Assembly: GCA_045632405.1 (NCBI GenBank)
Contig: JAZQWO010000030.1
Coordinates: 23,769-87,768, forward strand
Direction of reading: 5' to 3'
Origin: Eubacteriales bacterium
Lineage (GTDB): Bacteria > Bacillota > Clostridia > Oscillospirales > CAG-272
Length of the DNA: 64,000 nucleotides
Part shown: positions 26,549-36,692 of the stretch, piece after piece
Layout of the letters: each line of letters begins with the position of its first letter
Numbering within the stretch: position 1 is the stretch's first letter
Notes under the pieces: model-generated
Told to the model about the DNA's origin: nothing
The model's input: the letters and a program-made list of their open reading frames with translations, nothing else
Databases searched by the model: none
Program-made: the position numbers and the translations under genes

Positions 26549-28504
26549 TTACTTAATTAATTTGCGCTTTTTGTGCACAAAGATAATTGACACCAAAAGC
26601 AAAGCGATAACCACTGCACCTATGATAATAGAAACAACCGCTACTATTTTGTTACTGCCATCATCCTCAGCTTGACCGCCTGTGCTTGTGCCATCCTGTT
26701 GAACGTTCGAGCTGTCGGGCTGCAAGTCTGTTGTGCCATCCACAATTGGAGATGCCATAGGAACATTTTCTGTAGCATTACCGTTTGGAAGTGGCTGTGC
26801 CAAGCTCTCATTCTTTGTTGTGCAGTCAATGAAAGTTGGTGGATCTACCATCTGACCCATACCGTCAAACATAGGAACAACACCGTTTGGTGAATAAATT
26901 TCAAGCTCCTTCAAGTGAGCGAAGGTGCCGTTGCCGCTTGTGTACAAAATTCTGATATCGTCTGTGACAACGGGATCAAATTTGAATGCAGGACAATATT
27001 TCAAATCCTTATCGTAGGATTTTGTTGTAACGAGAGTAACATACTCACCGTCAATCTTTGCCTGTATCTGAATGCCCATAATATCTATTCCCTCTTCTGC
27101 AGGAGTATGGAAATAAAGGGCAACTCTATCTATGGTTTGCATTTCGTGGAATGTAACTCCACAATATGATGGCATATCAATAACGCCTGTAAACCAAACG
27201 TATGCATATTCGTCAATCTGACCGTCAACTATGTAGTTAACATCCGAATATGGAGCAAAGTCACGGTTAGCGTACGGTGTACCAATGATGGCAATATTAC
27301 CCTTTGATGCGCTAAGCCTTTGGAAGCTATCATATCTGTCCTCAAGATAATATGTTCTGTCGTTGCTCAAATGAGTTTCAAATTCATATATATTAGGTCT
27401 TTTTGTAAAGCCCTCTGTAAGCACAAGCTTGATAGCTGTCGTTTCGATCTCATTGAAAGTATATTCGGTTGTCTGTGTGCTATTTGCAGTGTCAAGAGAG
27501 TGGCCAGATGCCAAGACAATCCATTCACCGTTAACCAATGCTTCAATATTAAATTTATAATCCGTATAGTCAACTCCAGCAAGATATTCACCGAAGTTAA
27601 CAACAACCTTGTTGATTTTCTTTGCATCTACATAGCTGAGCATCAAATACTCGCCTGCTTCTCTGCCCTTTGGTGACCAAGATGTAGTCACCTTGCCGTC
27701 AATGGCATTGTATGGATACTTATAAGATGTAGATGAAGATGCAGATGGATAAGAATGATAGCCAACATTTGTGGAAACATATGCTCCCTCGGGAAGCTCA
27801 AGCTCAGGGGTTTCACCTCTAACACCGATAAGCTCCATTTCATATACATATGGGAAAATAAGCACGTCTCCGCCCGGATAGTTCTTAGCGTACTCGCTGA
27901 TAGTAACTCTCACATTGTTGGTGTTAACAGGGGTATCAAGAGTGAAACGATATTCTGAAGGAATATGGTAGAAGCTAGTGTCCTTTTCCATTGCTTCCTC
28001 ATATGACTCGTAGTTAACAGGCTTTGTGTCAGAATCGTAGAACTCCTTAACAGTCACCCACATACCTTCAACCAAGCACTGAACGGTGAACTTAGCATTT
28101 TGATGTCCCATAGCGGCATGCAAGCCTATGTTAAAATACATTTCGCTAATTTCGTAGTATTCCTTGTTGGTAAATTTAATACCGAAATATTGACCGGAAA
28201 AGCCTGCAGAGGTATCTGCTCCGTAAATAATATCAGGATAACCGCACTCCCAGCCTTGCCAGTTACTCTCTGTGCCGTTGTTATACGCTCCGTCATTCAA
28301 GGCAACCGACGGTGTCCACAGTGTATTCTTCTCACTTGAGGCATACGCCAAGGCGTTTTCAACGCGAGCTACATTATATGGCTCCTCCACTAAAGTTTCG
28401 TCGCCTGATGTGCCACCATCCACTGCATCATCAGCAAATGCCAACGTTGACAAGCCAGACAAAAGGAATATGATTGAAAGAAGGAACGATATGCCTTTTT
28501 TCAT
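26549..28504 (-). CDS. Surface protein with discoidin (F5/8 type C)/CBM-like domains, signal peptide and C-terminal TM anchor
   Basis: 651 aa. Signal peptide ...LSTLAFA|DD. Three A.DG...T.W-type segments (ALNDGAYNNGTESNWQGW, NAIDGKVTTSWSP, YIVDGQIDEYAYVWF). C-terminal low-complexity stalk, then TM IVAVVSIIIGAVVIALLLVSIIFV and HKKRK. Confidence 0.6.
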   Translation of the reverse strand: MKKGISFLLSIIFLLSGLSTLAFADDAVDGGTSGDETLVEEPYNVARVENALAYASSEKNTLWTPSVALNDGAYNNGTESNWQGWECGYPDIIYGADTSAGFSGQYFGIKFTNKEYYEISEMYFNIGLHAAMGHQNAKFTVQCLVEGMWVTVKEFYDSDTKPVNYESYEEAMEKDTSFYHIPSEYRFTLDTPVNTNNVRVTISEYAKNYPGGDVLIFPYVYEMELIGVRGETPELELPEGAYVSTNVGYHSYPSASSSTSYKYPYNAIDGKVTTSWSPKGREAGEYLMLSYVDAKKINKVVVNFGEYLAGVDYTDYKFNIEALVNGEWIVLASGHSLDTANSTQTTEYTFNEIETTAIKLVLTEGFTKRPNIYEFETHLSNDRTYYLEDRYDSFQRLSASKGNIAIIGTPYANRDFAPYSDVNYIVDGQIDEYAYVWFTGVIDMPSYCGVTFHEMQTIDRVALYFHTPAEEGIDIMGIQIQAKIDGEYVTLVTTKSYDKDLKYCPAFKFDPVVTDDIRILYTSGNGTFAHLKELEIYSPNGVVPMFDGMGQMVDPPTFIDCTTKNESLAQPLPNGNATENVPMASPIVDGTTDLQPDSSNVQQDGTSTGGQAEDDGSNKIVAVVSIIIGAVVIALLLVSIIFVHKKRKLIK

Positions 28505-28535
28505 AATTACCTCCTAAAGAACATTTATTTATTAT

Positions 28536-28564
28536 ATCATACCACATGCGCGCGTTGATTTCAA
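28536..28564 (-). promoter_or_regulatory. Sigma-A-like promoter (extended -10) of the discoidin-domain surface protein gene
   Basis: On the minus strand: TTGAAA (28564..28559), 17 nt, TG-g-TATGAT (-10 at 28541..28536). Confidence 0.5.
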
Positions 28565-28587
28565 GTTATTTTTATTAATTTTTAACG

Positions 28588-28625
28588 AAAACAGGCACAC
28601 TTTTTTGCAAAGTGTGCCTGTTTTT
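28588..28625 (-). terminator. Rho-independent terminator after the Clp ATPase gene
   Basis: AACAGGCACACT-ttgcaaaa-AGTGTGCCTGTT followed by TTTC on the minus strand. 12-bp stem. Confidence 0.8.
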
Positions 28626-28627
28626 CA

Positions 28628-30895
28628 CTAAATACAATCAACCTTTATACTGTCATCCTGAATTGTTACTGCCGCAGCGGAAATATTGCCCTTAATAACG
28701 AATATCATAGCCTCTGCAAGTTTGTCCTCAATTTCAGTCTGAATATACCTGCGCATATTTCTCGCGCCGAACTTTTTACTAAAGGATTTACTTGCTACAA
28801 AATTGCAAACCTCGTCGGTAAAGGTAAACTTGATATTTCTTTCTTCAAGTGCCTTTTGTAGGTCGCCAAGCATGATTTTTGCAATTTCACGGAAGTTCTC
28901 CTCATCAAGAGAACGGAAGGTGATAATTTCGTCAATTCTATTGATAAACTCAGGGCGAAGGAAGGACGAAAGTGCCTTCTCTGTTCTTTCCTTGGCAATC
29001 TCTGTTTCGCTTGAACCAAAGCCTGCCTGGGATGATGTCACATTTGCGCCTGCATTTGTTGTCATAACAATAACCGTGTTTTCAAAATTGATAAGTCTGC
29101 CTTGAGAATCAGAAATCTTACCGTCATCCAAAATCTGCAACAAAATGTTGAGAACATCAGGGTGCGCCTTTTCTATTTCGTCAAAAAGCACCACGGGATA
29201 AGGGGAGCGTCTGATCTTTTCTGTCAGCTGACCTGCTTCGGCATAGCCAACATAGCCTGGAGGAGAGCCAACGATTTTGGAAACTGAATGCTTTTCCATA
29301 TATTCGGACATATCAAGGCGAACAAGTGCTTCCTCGGAATTGAAAAGCTCCTTGGCAAGAGTCTTAACAAGCTCTGTTTTACCAACACCTGTAGGTCCTG
29401 CGAAAATGAAGGATGCGGGGCGCTTTTTAACACTAACACCTGCTCTGTTTCTGCGAATGGCAGAGGAAAGAGCCTTTACAGCATCATCTTGACCTATAAT
29501 TCTTGTTTTAAGATTTGGCTCAAGGAGAGCAAGCCTTTCAAACTCCTCCTCGGAAATGTTGCTTGCGGGAATACCTGTCCAAATTTCAACAACGCCTGCC
29601 AAATCCTGCTTAGTCATAACAGTGCCGCGACATTCCTCGTCAAGCTTTTCCTTGTCGAGCAAAAGCATAGATCTTTCTGTTTTTAACTCAGCAAGCTGTT
29701 TATATTGCTCCTCAGTAGGCGCATCTCCGCCCTCGGCAATTTTGGCATTGAGAGAGTCTGTCTTTGAGTCAATCTCCGCCAAGCGCTCCACCACCTTGTG
29801 TCTTTCGTTGATATGTGGAGAGTGCAACACTATGTGTGAGCATGCCTCGTCAATTAAGTCTATTGCCTTATCGGGTAAAAACCTGTCTGTAATGTATCTT
29901 TCACTCATTACAACAGCACATCTTGCCATATCGTCCGGAATCTTAACACCGTGATAAATCTCATAGTAGCTCTTGATTCCCTTTATCATTTCAACACATT
30001 CGTCAATAGATGGCTCGTCAACCTTAACAGGCTGGAAGCGTCTTTCAAGAGCGCTATCCTTTTCGATGTATTTGCGATACTCCTTCAGAGTTGTTGCGCC
30101 AATAACCTGTATTTCGCCTCTTGAAAGTGCGGGCTTCAAAATATTAGCCGCATTCATGCTGCCTTCAGAATTGCCTGTACCAACGATATTATGAATTTCA
30201 TCAATTACAAGAATAATGTTGCCTGCCTTTTTAACCTCGTTCAAAAGGCCGTTAATCCTTGCTTCAAACTGACCTCTGAACTGTGTTCCAGCCACAAGTG
30301 CAGTCAAGTCCACCAAGTAAACCTCACAGTTTTTCAGCTTATAAGGCACGTCGCCACTGACAATCCTCTGCGCCAACGCCTCGGCAATAGCAGTTTTACC
30401 AACACCAGGCTCACCTATTAAGCAGGGATTGTTCTTTTGTCTTCTCGACAAAATTTGAATAACGCGCTCAAGCTCCCTTTTTCTGCCCACAATTCTGTCA
30501 AGCTTGCCGTTCATAGCATCCTGTGTGAGATTGTGGCAGAAGGTGTTAAGGTGCTTCCTGTCATCCTTCTTCTTTTTATTATCATTTGGGGCTTCGTTCT
30601 TGCCGCCCACATTAAAGCCTGCATTTTTCATAAGCTTTGAAAAGTCAATGGTTGGACCGTCCTCGCCGTCTTCCCCATCCTCAGGGTTGACGGGAAGCAT
30701 TTCGGCAAACATCTTTTCCATGTTTTCAAGCTCTTCCTCGGAAATGCCCATTTTTTTCATAAAGTCGTTAACAGGCTTAATTCCAAGCTCATTAGCACAC
30801 TGTAAGCAAAGCCCCTCTTGCTTTTGGACATTGTTTTCCAGCTTCATTATATATACTGTTGCAGGTCTTTTTTTGCATCTTGCACATAATTCCAT
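28628..30895 (-). CDS. Two-ring AAA+ Clp ATPase (ClpA/ClpC class) with N-terminal C4 zinc-ribbon in place of Clp_N repeats
   Basis: 755 aa. Motifs: D1 Walker [14 protein letters not shown]2 Walker [13 protein letters not shown], Walker B LVIDEIH and [11 protein letters not shown]-terminus MELCARCKK...[12 protein letters not shown] (CxxC...CxxC) followed by an acidic/basic linker. Confidence 0.85.
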   Translation of the reverse strand: MELCARCKKRPATVYIMKLENNVQKQEGLCLQCANELGIKPVNDFMKKMGISEEELENMEKMFAEMLPVNPEDGEDGEDGPTIDFSKLMKNAGFNVGGKNEAPNDNKKKKDDRKHLNTFCHNLTQDAMNGKLDRIVGRKRELERVIQILSRRQKNNPCLIGEPGVGKTAIAEALAQRIVSGDVPYKLKNCEVYLVDLTALVAGTQFRGQFEARINGLLNEVKKAGNIILVIDEIHNIVGTGNSEGSMNAANILKPALSRGEIQVIGATTLKEYRKYIEKDSALERRFQPVKVDEPSIDECVEMIKGIKSYYEIYHGVKIPDDMARCAVVMSERYITDRFLPDKAIDLIDEACSHIVLHSPHINERHKVVERLAEIDSKTDSLNAKIAEGGDAPTEEQYKQLAELKTERSMLLLDKEKLDEECRGTVMTKQDLAGVVEIWTGIPASNISEEEFERLALLEPNLKTRIIGQDDAVKALSSAIRRNRAGVSVKKRPASFIFAGPTGVGKTELVKTLAKELFNSEEALVRLDMSEYMEKHSVSKIVGSPPGYVGYAEAGQLTEKIRRSPYPVVLFDEIEKAHPDVLNILLQILDDGKISDSQGRLINFENTVIVMTTNAGANVTSSQAGFGSSETEIAKERTEKALSSFLRPEFINRIDEIITFRSLDEENFREIAKIMLGDLQKALEERNIKFTFTDEVCNFVASKSFSKKFGARNMRRYIQTEIEDKLAEAMIFVIKGNISAAAVTIQDDSIKVDCI

Positions 30896-30918
30896 AAAAA
30901 ATTTCCTTAAACCGCCAA

Positions 30919-31629
30919 TTAAAATATTTTTTCAGCCAAGCCGATTAGCATTGACCTATCAAGAATTTCTTTTGTCAAGCTACCGCCGAAGCCGTTTGTT
31001 ACATTTACTAAAAATACAAGCACCAGGGATGCAAGCCACACAGCACCCAAAGCGCACACCAAACCAAGCGCAAAGCCAAGCACTCTGTTAACAAGCTTAA
31101 TTAGTGCAAAGGACATCAATGCATCAAGAAGCTTGTTAAGTATAGTCAACACAAGGAGCATAACGAAAAACATAACTACCACGGCAATTATTGTGGAGAG
31201 GAACATAGAAATTGCCTCGCCAAGCTCGACGGAAAGCTCCTGTATGCTCTCCTCCGTTATTGCCTCGCCATCTCCAAGCGCGCTGACATCCCCCAAGCCA
31301 AATGCCGAGAGGATTTTATTGAACAGACCAGGAGCGTTGTTATACAGCTCCACAAAATTCACAAGTGTATCGTTGCCCTCAAAGGCTTCAAGCAGGGATT
31401 GGTTCACCCAGCTGACAATACCGTCCCTCAAAAACCACGAATTTATAAGCTTTGCCACAGGCGCACGAAGCGCGTATGCTATAATTCCCGCAAAGACGAC
31501 CTTGAGTGAGTCAAGAACGCTCCTTAAAAAGCCCTTGACTGTAAATTTGATAATGATGAATAGCGCAATAACGCTAAGCACAATATCTATTACAACATTT
31601 GCGCCCACCGAAGATCCTCCCTTCGCCAA
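30919..31629 (-). CDS. CvpA family membrane protein (paralog 2)
   Basis: 236 aa, multi-TM. The N-terminal pattern IIIKFTVKGFLRSVLD is typical of CvpA (colicin V production protein family). Confidence 0.7.
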   Translation of the reverse strand: MAKGGSSVGANVVIDIVLSVIALFIIIKFTVKGFLRSVLDSLKVVFAGIIAYALRAPVAKLINSWFLRDGIVSWVNQSLLEAFEGNDTLVNFVELYNNAPGLFNKILSAFGLGDVSALGDGEAITEESIQELSVELGEAISMFLSTIIAVVVMFFVMLLVLTILNKLLDALMSFALIKLVNRVLGFALGLVCALGAVWLASLVLVFLVNVTNGFGGSLTKEILDRSMLIGLAEKIF

Positions 31630-31646
31630 AATTTATGCATCCTTTA

Positions 31647-32375
31647 TTATTTTCCGAAAAGCTCCTTAGCCATAGTAAACAAATTGTGCTCACCAAAGAA
31701 GCTGACGATAACAGATTCCTCGATAATTTGATTGTTAAATATTTCCGGATAATAATTGCTACCGAAATCGAAAATAAATATAATTGCTATTGAAATGAGC
31801 CATGCTATAACTGCGGATACAACAAATCCAACAGATGCGCCCAACACAAAGTTAACTATTCTCCAAACTGAGACCTTGCCAAGCTTATTTAAAAGAGCGC
31901 CAACGCCGATCAAAACAAGCTCGATGACTACAAAAATAGAAACAAATGCAATCACCGTGGAAATAAGCATTGACAACGCGTCGCCCAGTGGGATTGAAAG
32001 CTCGTCAACCAGCTCAACAGAGGCAAGATTTTCCTCAACAAAATACGTTTGTACAGTATCGGGATCTATACCACGGCTAAAGCTAACCTTGGTAAACCAC
32101 TCTGGAATACCGTCAAAAATTTCATATAGCGCATAACCGCCATTTTTTCGCGTGCCAAGCATAATATCCTTAACCCAACCGCGGGAAAGGTCACTGAAGA
32201 ACCATTCACTAAGCTTTCTTGCCAATGGTCCGCTGAAAAGATATGCCAAAAAGATTGCCAAAACAGACTTCATAAGAGTAATAAAAGACTTAATGAAGCC
32301 GCGAATGGCGTTTCTTATGATTATGATAAAGCTAATAACGGCAATGATAATGTCAAAAATTAAACTAACAGCCAA
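31647..32375 (-). CDS. CvpA family membrane protein (paralog 1)
   Basis: 242 aa, multi-TM. IIIIRNAIRGFIKSFITL. Same architecture as the downstream paralog. Confidence 0.7.
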   Translation of the reverse strand: MAVSLIFDIIIAVISFIIIIRNAIRGFIKSFITLMKSVLAIFLAYLFSGPLARKLSEWFFSDLSRGWVKDIMLGTRKNGGYALYEIFDGIPEWFTKVSFSRGIDPDTVQTYFVEENLASVELVDELSIPLGDALSMLISTVIAFVSIFVVIELVLIGVGALLNKLGKVSVWRIVNFVLGASVGFVVSAVIAWLISIAIIFIFDFGSNYYPEIFNNQIIEESVIVSFFGEHNLFTMAKELFGK

Positions 32376-32436
32376 GCTATTTCCTCCTATCTGTTTCTTG
32401 AGTGTCCATATATTATAAACTCTTTTTAGACATTTG

Positions 32437-33201
32437 TCAAGAATAATAATATATTTTCTTTAAGTATAAACCGTCAGGCTTTGCGGTAAAGCCTGCTCTT
32501 TCTCTGTCTCTTGAATTAATAATGGCAGGAATTTCCTCGGGTGCAATCTTGCCGCTTTCAACACGCAAAAGCGTGCCTACCATTATTCTAACCATATTGT
32601 ACAAAAATCCATTGGCACTAACTGTAAATTCAACAAGATCCCCATTTCTTTCAACCTTGGCTTCAAAAACAGTCCGTTCCGTGTTCTCAATTTGAGAGCC
32701 TTGCGCCATAAAGGCATCAAAATGGTGAGTACCAACAAAGTGCTGTGCCGCGCTTTGCATTTTTTCAAGCGATGTGTCGCTGATTTCTCTGCCGTACTCC
32801 AATGCTAATCCCTCATAAAATGGATTTTTCACACGGCTAGCGTGGATTTTGTACACATATTCCTTTTTAACTGCATCGTACCTGGGATGAAAATCCAAGC
32901 TCACCTCTCTTGCCTCTAAAACAGAGATGTCGGGCGGCAGCTTGATATTAACAGCTATTGGAATTTTGTCAATAGGCACAGTTATTTCATCCTCGTGATT
33001 TTTAGGCTCTACACACGCGCAAAAGCCAAGGGCGTGTACCCCTGCATCTGTTCTGCTGCAGCCTGTAACATTACATTCAACACTAAAGGCAGCACACACG
33101 GCGCGATTAAGCATAAGAGAAACTGTTGGCAGCTCCTCCTGAAGCTGATATCCGTGATATGCGCGGCCGTTGTATGCAACTGTAAGTAATACCTTTTTCA
33201 T
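32437..33201 (-). CDS. truA: tRNA pseudouridine(38-40) synthase
   Basis: 254 aa from ATG 33201 (the ORF-track start at 33207 is TTG). YNGRAYHGYQ and the catalytic Asp motif GCSRTDAGVHA. Confidence 0.9.
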   Translation of the reverse strand: MKKVLLTVAYNGRAYHGYQLQEELPTVSLMLNRAVCAAFSVECNVTGCSRTDAGVHALGFCACVEPKNHEDEITVPIDKIPIAVNIKLPPDISVLEAREVSLDFHPRYDAVKKEYVYKIHASRVKNPFYEGLALEYGREISDTSLEKMQSAAQHFVGTHHFDAFMAQGSQIENTERTVFEAKVERNGDLVEFTVSANGFLYNMVRIMVGTLLRVESGKIAPEEIPAIINSRDRERAGFTAKPDGLYLKKIYYYS

Positions 33202-33203
33202 AA

Positions 33204-34037
33204 TCAAACCTTGTAGCCCTTTGCGTAAATGTTAAGCAAAATCACTCCTGCCACCATCATTGCCATAAAAAGCAGGAACAAATAATCTCTTGCCTTCATT
33301 TTCAAAACCTTCATACGGGTTCTTCCGTTGCCACCTCGGTAACACCTACATTCCATAGCGGTGGCAAGCTCGTCAGCACGTCTGAAGGATGAAACAAAAA
33401 GTGGAATGATAATAGGAATAAGCGCCTTTGCTCGCTTTATCAAACCGCCGCTTGCAAAATCCGCACCTCTTGCCTTTTGCGCATTCATAATTTTTGTTGT
33501 TTCGTCAACTAACGTTGGAATGAATCTGAGCGCAATTGTCATCATCATGGCAAACTCATGAACAGGAACCTTGATTACCTTTAAAAATCCAAGTCCTGTT
33601 TCAATGCCGTCGGTCAATTCAATAGGTGTTGTTGTATATGAAAAATACAAGCTGGTGCAAGCCATCAAAATTATAATTCTCAAGGCAAGCACACCTGCTC
33701 TTATAAGGCTTTCCTTGTATATCGTTATTGTCCAAAAGTTAGGAATAACGTTCCATGTTGCCAAAACAGTTTGACCCTCTGTCCAAAACAGGTTGAGTAT
33801 GGCTGTAATGAGCATAATGATAATTATCGGCTTTAGTCCCTTCAAAACCATAAGAACTGGAACACGGCTAACAATAATAGATGCCACGGTGATGGCTATC
33901 AAAAGAAGATACGCGTAAATATCACTTGCCAAAAAGATGCATACGATAAATGTAATTACAAAAAGGAGCTTTATTCTTGGGTCAAGCTTATGAATAAGAG
34001 AATCCTTTTCGTAATAAACGCCGAAGGAAGCCTCCAT
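33204..34037 (-). CDS. ecfT: Energy-coupling factor transporter transmembrane subunit
   Basis: 277 aa, multi-TM. Conserved coupling-helix motif AQKARGADF. Lies in the canonical ecfA1-ecfA2-ecfT-truA order. Confidence 0.9.
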   Translation of the reverse strand: MEASFGVYYEKDSLIHKLDPRIKLLFVITFIVCIFLASDIYAYLLLIAITVASIIVSRVPVLMVLKGLKPIIIIMLITAILNLFWTEGQTVLATWNVIPNFWTITIYKESLIRAGVLALRIIILMACTSLYFSYTTTPIELTDGIETGLGFLKVIKVPVHEFAMMMTIALRFIPTLVDETTKIMNAQKARGADFASGGLIKRAKALIPIIIPLFVSSFRRADELATAMECRCYRGGNGRTRMKVLKMKARDYLFLLFMAMMVAGVILLNIYAKGYKV

Positions 34038-34038
34038 A

Positions 34039-34899
34039 CTACTCGCCCTCCCTTCGATAAAGTGACATCAGTGCAGAAACCGCACCGTCAACAGTATATA
34101 TATTTTCAGGAATATCCACACCAACCTCGCGAAGCGCCAAAACAATGCCTGTAATTTCCGGCACATCCAAGCCAGCATCTAAAAGAAGCCTATGCTGAGA
34201 AAATACCTCTTGACAGGTGCCGTGTGTCAACATTTTACCGTGTGACATAACAATAGCCCTGTCGCAGTACATTGCCATATCCTCCATACTGTGGCTGACA
34301 ATGACAACGCTTGTGCCGCTTTTTCTCTGATATTCCTTAATTCCGCCAAGAATTTCCCGTCTGCCCTTTGGGTCAAGACCTGCCGCTGGCTCATCCAAAA
34401 CAAGGATTTTCGGCTTCATTGCCATAACGCCTGCCAAAGCCACACGCCTTTTTTGTCCTCCCGATAAGTCAAATGGTGACTTATCAAGAACATCCGCCTT
34501 CAAGCCGCAAAACTCTAAGCTTTCTTTTGTTCTTTCTTCAATTTCTTCGTTGGAAAGTCCCATATTTTTCGGTCCGTAGGCAATATCCTCGCGAACAGTA
34601 TCTGCAAAAAGCTGATACTCGGGATATTGCATAACCATACCCACCAAAAATCGGTATTTATTTATTTCCTTTGGCTTTTCCCATATATCATTTCCGTCAA
34701 TCAACACCTTGCCACTGTCTGCTCTTATCAAGCCGTTCAAAAGCTGAATCAATGTTGACTTTCCCGAGCCTGTGTGACCGATAATACCCGTGATACAGTT
34801 TTCCTGTATAGTCAAGGTAATATCATCAAGTGCTTTAATTTCATATGGAGTTTTTTTGCCGTATACGAAGCTAACCTCATTTAATTCTACTATCGACAT
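34039..34899 (-). CDS. ecfA2: Energy-coupling factor transporter ATPase 2
   Basis: 286 aa. Walker A GHTGSGKST, signature LSGGQKRR, Walker B LVLDEP. Confidence 0.9.
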   Translation of the reverse strand: MSIVELNEVSFVYGKKTPYEIKALDDITLTIQENCITGIIGHTGSGKSTLIQLLNGLIRADSGKVLIDGNDIWEKPKEINKYRFLVGMVMQYPEYQLFADTVREDIAYGPKNMGLSNEEIEERTKESLEFCGLKADVLDKSPFDLSGGQKRRVALAGVMAMKPKILVLDEPAAGLDPKGRREILGGIKEYQRKSGTSVVIVSHSMEDMAMYCDRAIVMSHGKMLTHGTCQEVFSQHRLLLDAGLDVPEITGIVLALREVGVDIPENIYTVDGAVSALMSLYRREGE

Positions 34900-34933
34900 T
34901 TCTTTTCCTTACGATACGATAAAATCAATATAA

Positions 34934-35800
34934 TCAGTTGTGCAAAATCGCTTTCTTCACAATTTTTGCACATTCCTCTTTGTTGTAAATCTGCAGTGGA
35001 ATTTCAAGTCCAAGACCCTTGTTCAGCTTGTCAATAAGCTCAACACCTTGGGGAACCTCAAGTCCTGCCTTCCATAGCTTTTCGGGCTGCGAGAAAACCT
35101 CATTCGGTGTGCCCTCTAAGTACACCTTGCCGCTTCTCATAACCACAACCTTGTCAGCCTCCTGCGCCTCGTTCATATAGTGAGTTATCAAAACTATGGT
35201 CATTCCCTCACTATTCAAATGCTTGATGGTTTTCATAACCTCTTTTCTGCCAAGAGGGTCAAGCATAGCTGTTGATTCGTCAAAAATGATACACTCAGGC
35301 TTCATAGCAATAACGCCTGCTATGGCTATACGCTGCTTTTGACCGCCCGATAGCTTGTGAGGTGCGTGCCTTGCATATTCCTGCATATTGACAACCTCAA
35401 GAGCCTCGTCAACTCTTTGTCGGATTTCGGTAGGAGACAGTCCCAAATTTTCAGGACCGAAGGCAACATCCTCCTCAACAACCGTTGCAACAATTTGGTT
35501 GTCAGGGTTTTGGAAAACCATACCTACTCTTTTTCTTACCTCAAAAACATCCTCGTCTGTCAAATCCTTGGCGGTAACATCCTTGCCGCCAATGTATATT
35601 TTTCCGCTATCAGCGGTCAATATCAGATTAATTAACTTTGCTGTTGTGGATTTACCAGAGCCGTTATGCCCAAGAATAGCCACAAAGTCGCCCTTGTTGA
35701 TTTCAAGTGAAACATTGTTCACCGCAAAGTTGTTTTCCCCAAGCTCCGAATTCGGATAGCTGAAGGAAACATTTTCTAACTTAATAAGTGGCTCTGCCAT
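34934..35800 (-). CDS. ecfA1: Energy-coupling factor transporter ATPase 1
   Basis: 288 aa. Walker A GHNGSGKST, signature LSGGQKQR, Walker B IIFDEST. Confidence 0.9.
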   Translation of the reverse strand: MAEPLIKLENVSFSYPNSELGENNFAVNNVSLEINKGDFVAILGHNGSGKSTTAKLINLILTADSGKIYIGGKDVTAKDLTDEDVFEVRKRVGMVFQNPDNQIVATVVEEDVAFGPENLGLSPTEIRQRVDEALEVVNMQEYARHAPHKLSGGQKQRIAIAGVIAMKPECIIFDESTAMLDPLGRKEVMKTIKHLNSEGMTIVLITHYMNEAQEADKVVVMRSGKVYLEGTPNEVFSQPEKLWKAGLEVPQGVELIDKLNKGLGLEIPLQIYNKEECAKIVKKAILHN

Positions 35801-36690
35801 TATTTAACCTCGTCTGCAACCCAGCGTGCACTAGCACCGCAGGGCAAAAAGCTTTTTGTCTGTGTAACAGGCAATGCAAGCTCACCTGTTTCTGCACGTC
35901 CGCCGTGCTTTTTAACAATTTCTACATCTAAAACATAACCCATAGTCAAGGCACTTAGTCCTGTTGTATATGAGTTGATAAGCATAAACAACGGGTCAGC
36001 GGAGAGCACCTGCTCGCAAAGTGACACAAAGTCGCAAACCGCGTCCTCAAGCTTCCAAACCTCACCGCCCGGGCCTCTGCCATAAGACGGAGGGTCCATA
36101 ATAATACCGTCATATTTATTGCCTCTGCGGATTTCCCTTTCCACAAACTTACGGCAATCGTCAACAATATAGCGCACAGGCGCATCTGCCAAGCCGCTTG
36201 ATGCAAGATTTTCCTTAGCGCAGGCAACCATACCCTTTGATGCATCAACGTGAACAACCTGTGCACCCGCCTTAGCGGCTGCAGCTGTTGCTCCGCCTGT
36301 ATATGCAAAAAGGTTCAAAACCTTGACTGTTTTGCCCTGACCGCGTCTTTCCTCTATCAGCTTGGAAAACCAATCCCAATTTGCCGCCTGCTCGGGGAAA
36401 AGGCCTGTATGCTTAAAGCCCATAGGCTTCAGGTTGAATGTAAGCTCACCGTAGCCTATTGTCCACTTTTCTGGCACATCGTTTTTGACCCACGCGCCGC
36501 CACCGCTGTTTGAGCGCCTGTAAATACCGTGTGCACTCTTCCATAGCTTATGCTCGCGCTTGCCCTTCCAAATAACCTGTGGGTCAGGTCTTATCAGAAT
36601 ATATTTACCCCATCTTTCAAGCCTTTCGCCATTAGATGTATCCAAAAGCTCATAATCCTTCCAATTGTCTGCTAAATACATATTTTGCAC
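35800..36690 (-). CDS. Class I SAM-dependent (rRNA-type, RlmI/RlmK-like) methyltransferase
   Basis: 296 aa. Motif I VLNLFAYTGGAT and motif IV IIMDPPSYG. TAATG overlap with ecfA1. Confidence 0.7.
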   Translation of the reverse strand: MQNMYLADNWKDYELLDTSNGERLERWGKYILIRPDPQVIWKGKREHKLWKSAHGIYRRSNSGGGAWVKNDVPEKWTIGYGELTFNLKPMGFKHTGLFPEQAANWDWFSKLIEERRGQGKTVKVLNLFAYTGGATAAAAKAGAQVVHVDASKGMVACAKENLASSGLADAPVRYIVDDCRKFVEREIRRGNKYDGIIMDPPSYGRGPGGEVWKLEDAVCDFVSLCEQVLSADPLFMLINSYTTGLSALTMGYVLDVEIVKKHGGRAETGELALPVTQTKSFLPCGASARWVADEVK

Positions 36691-36692
36691 TC

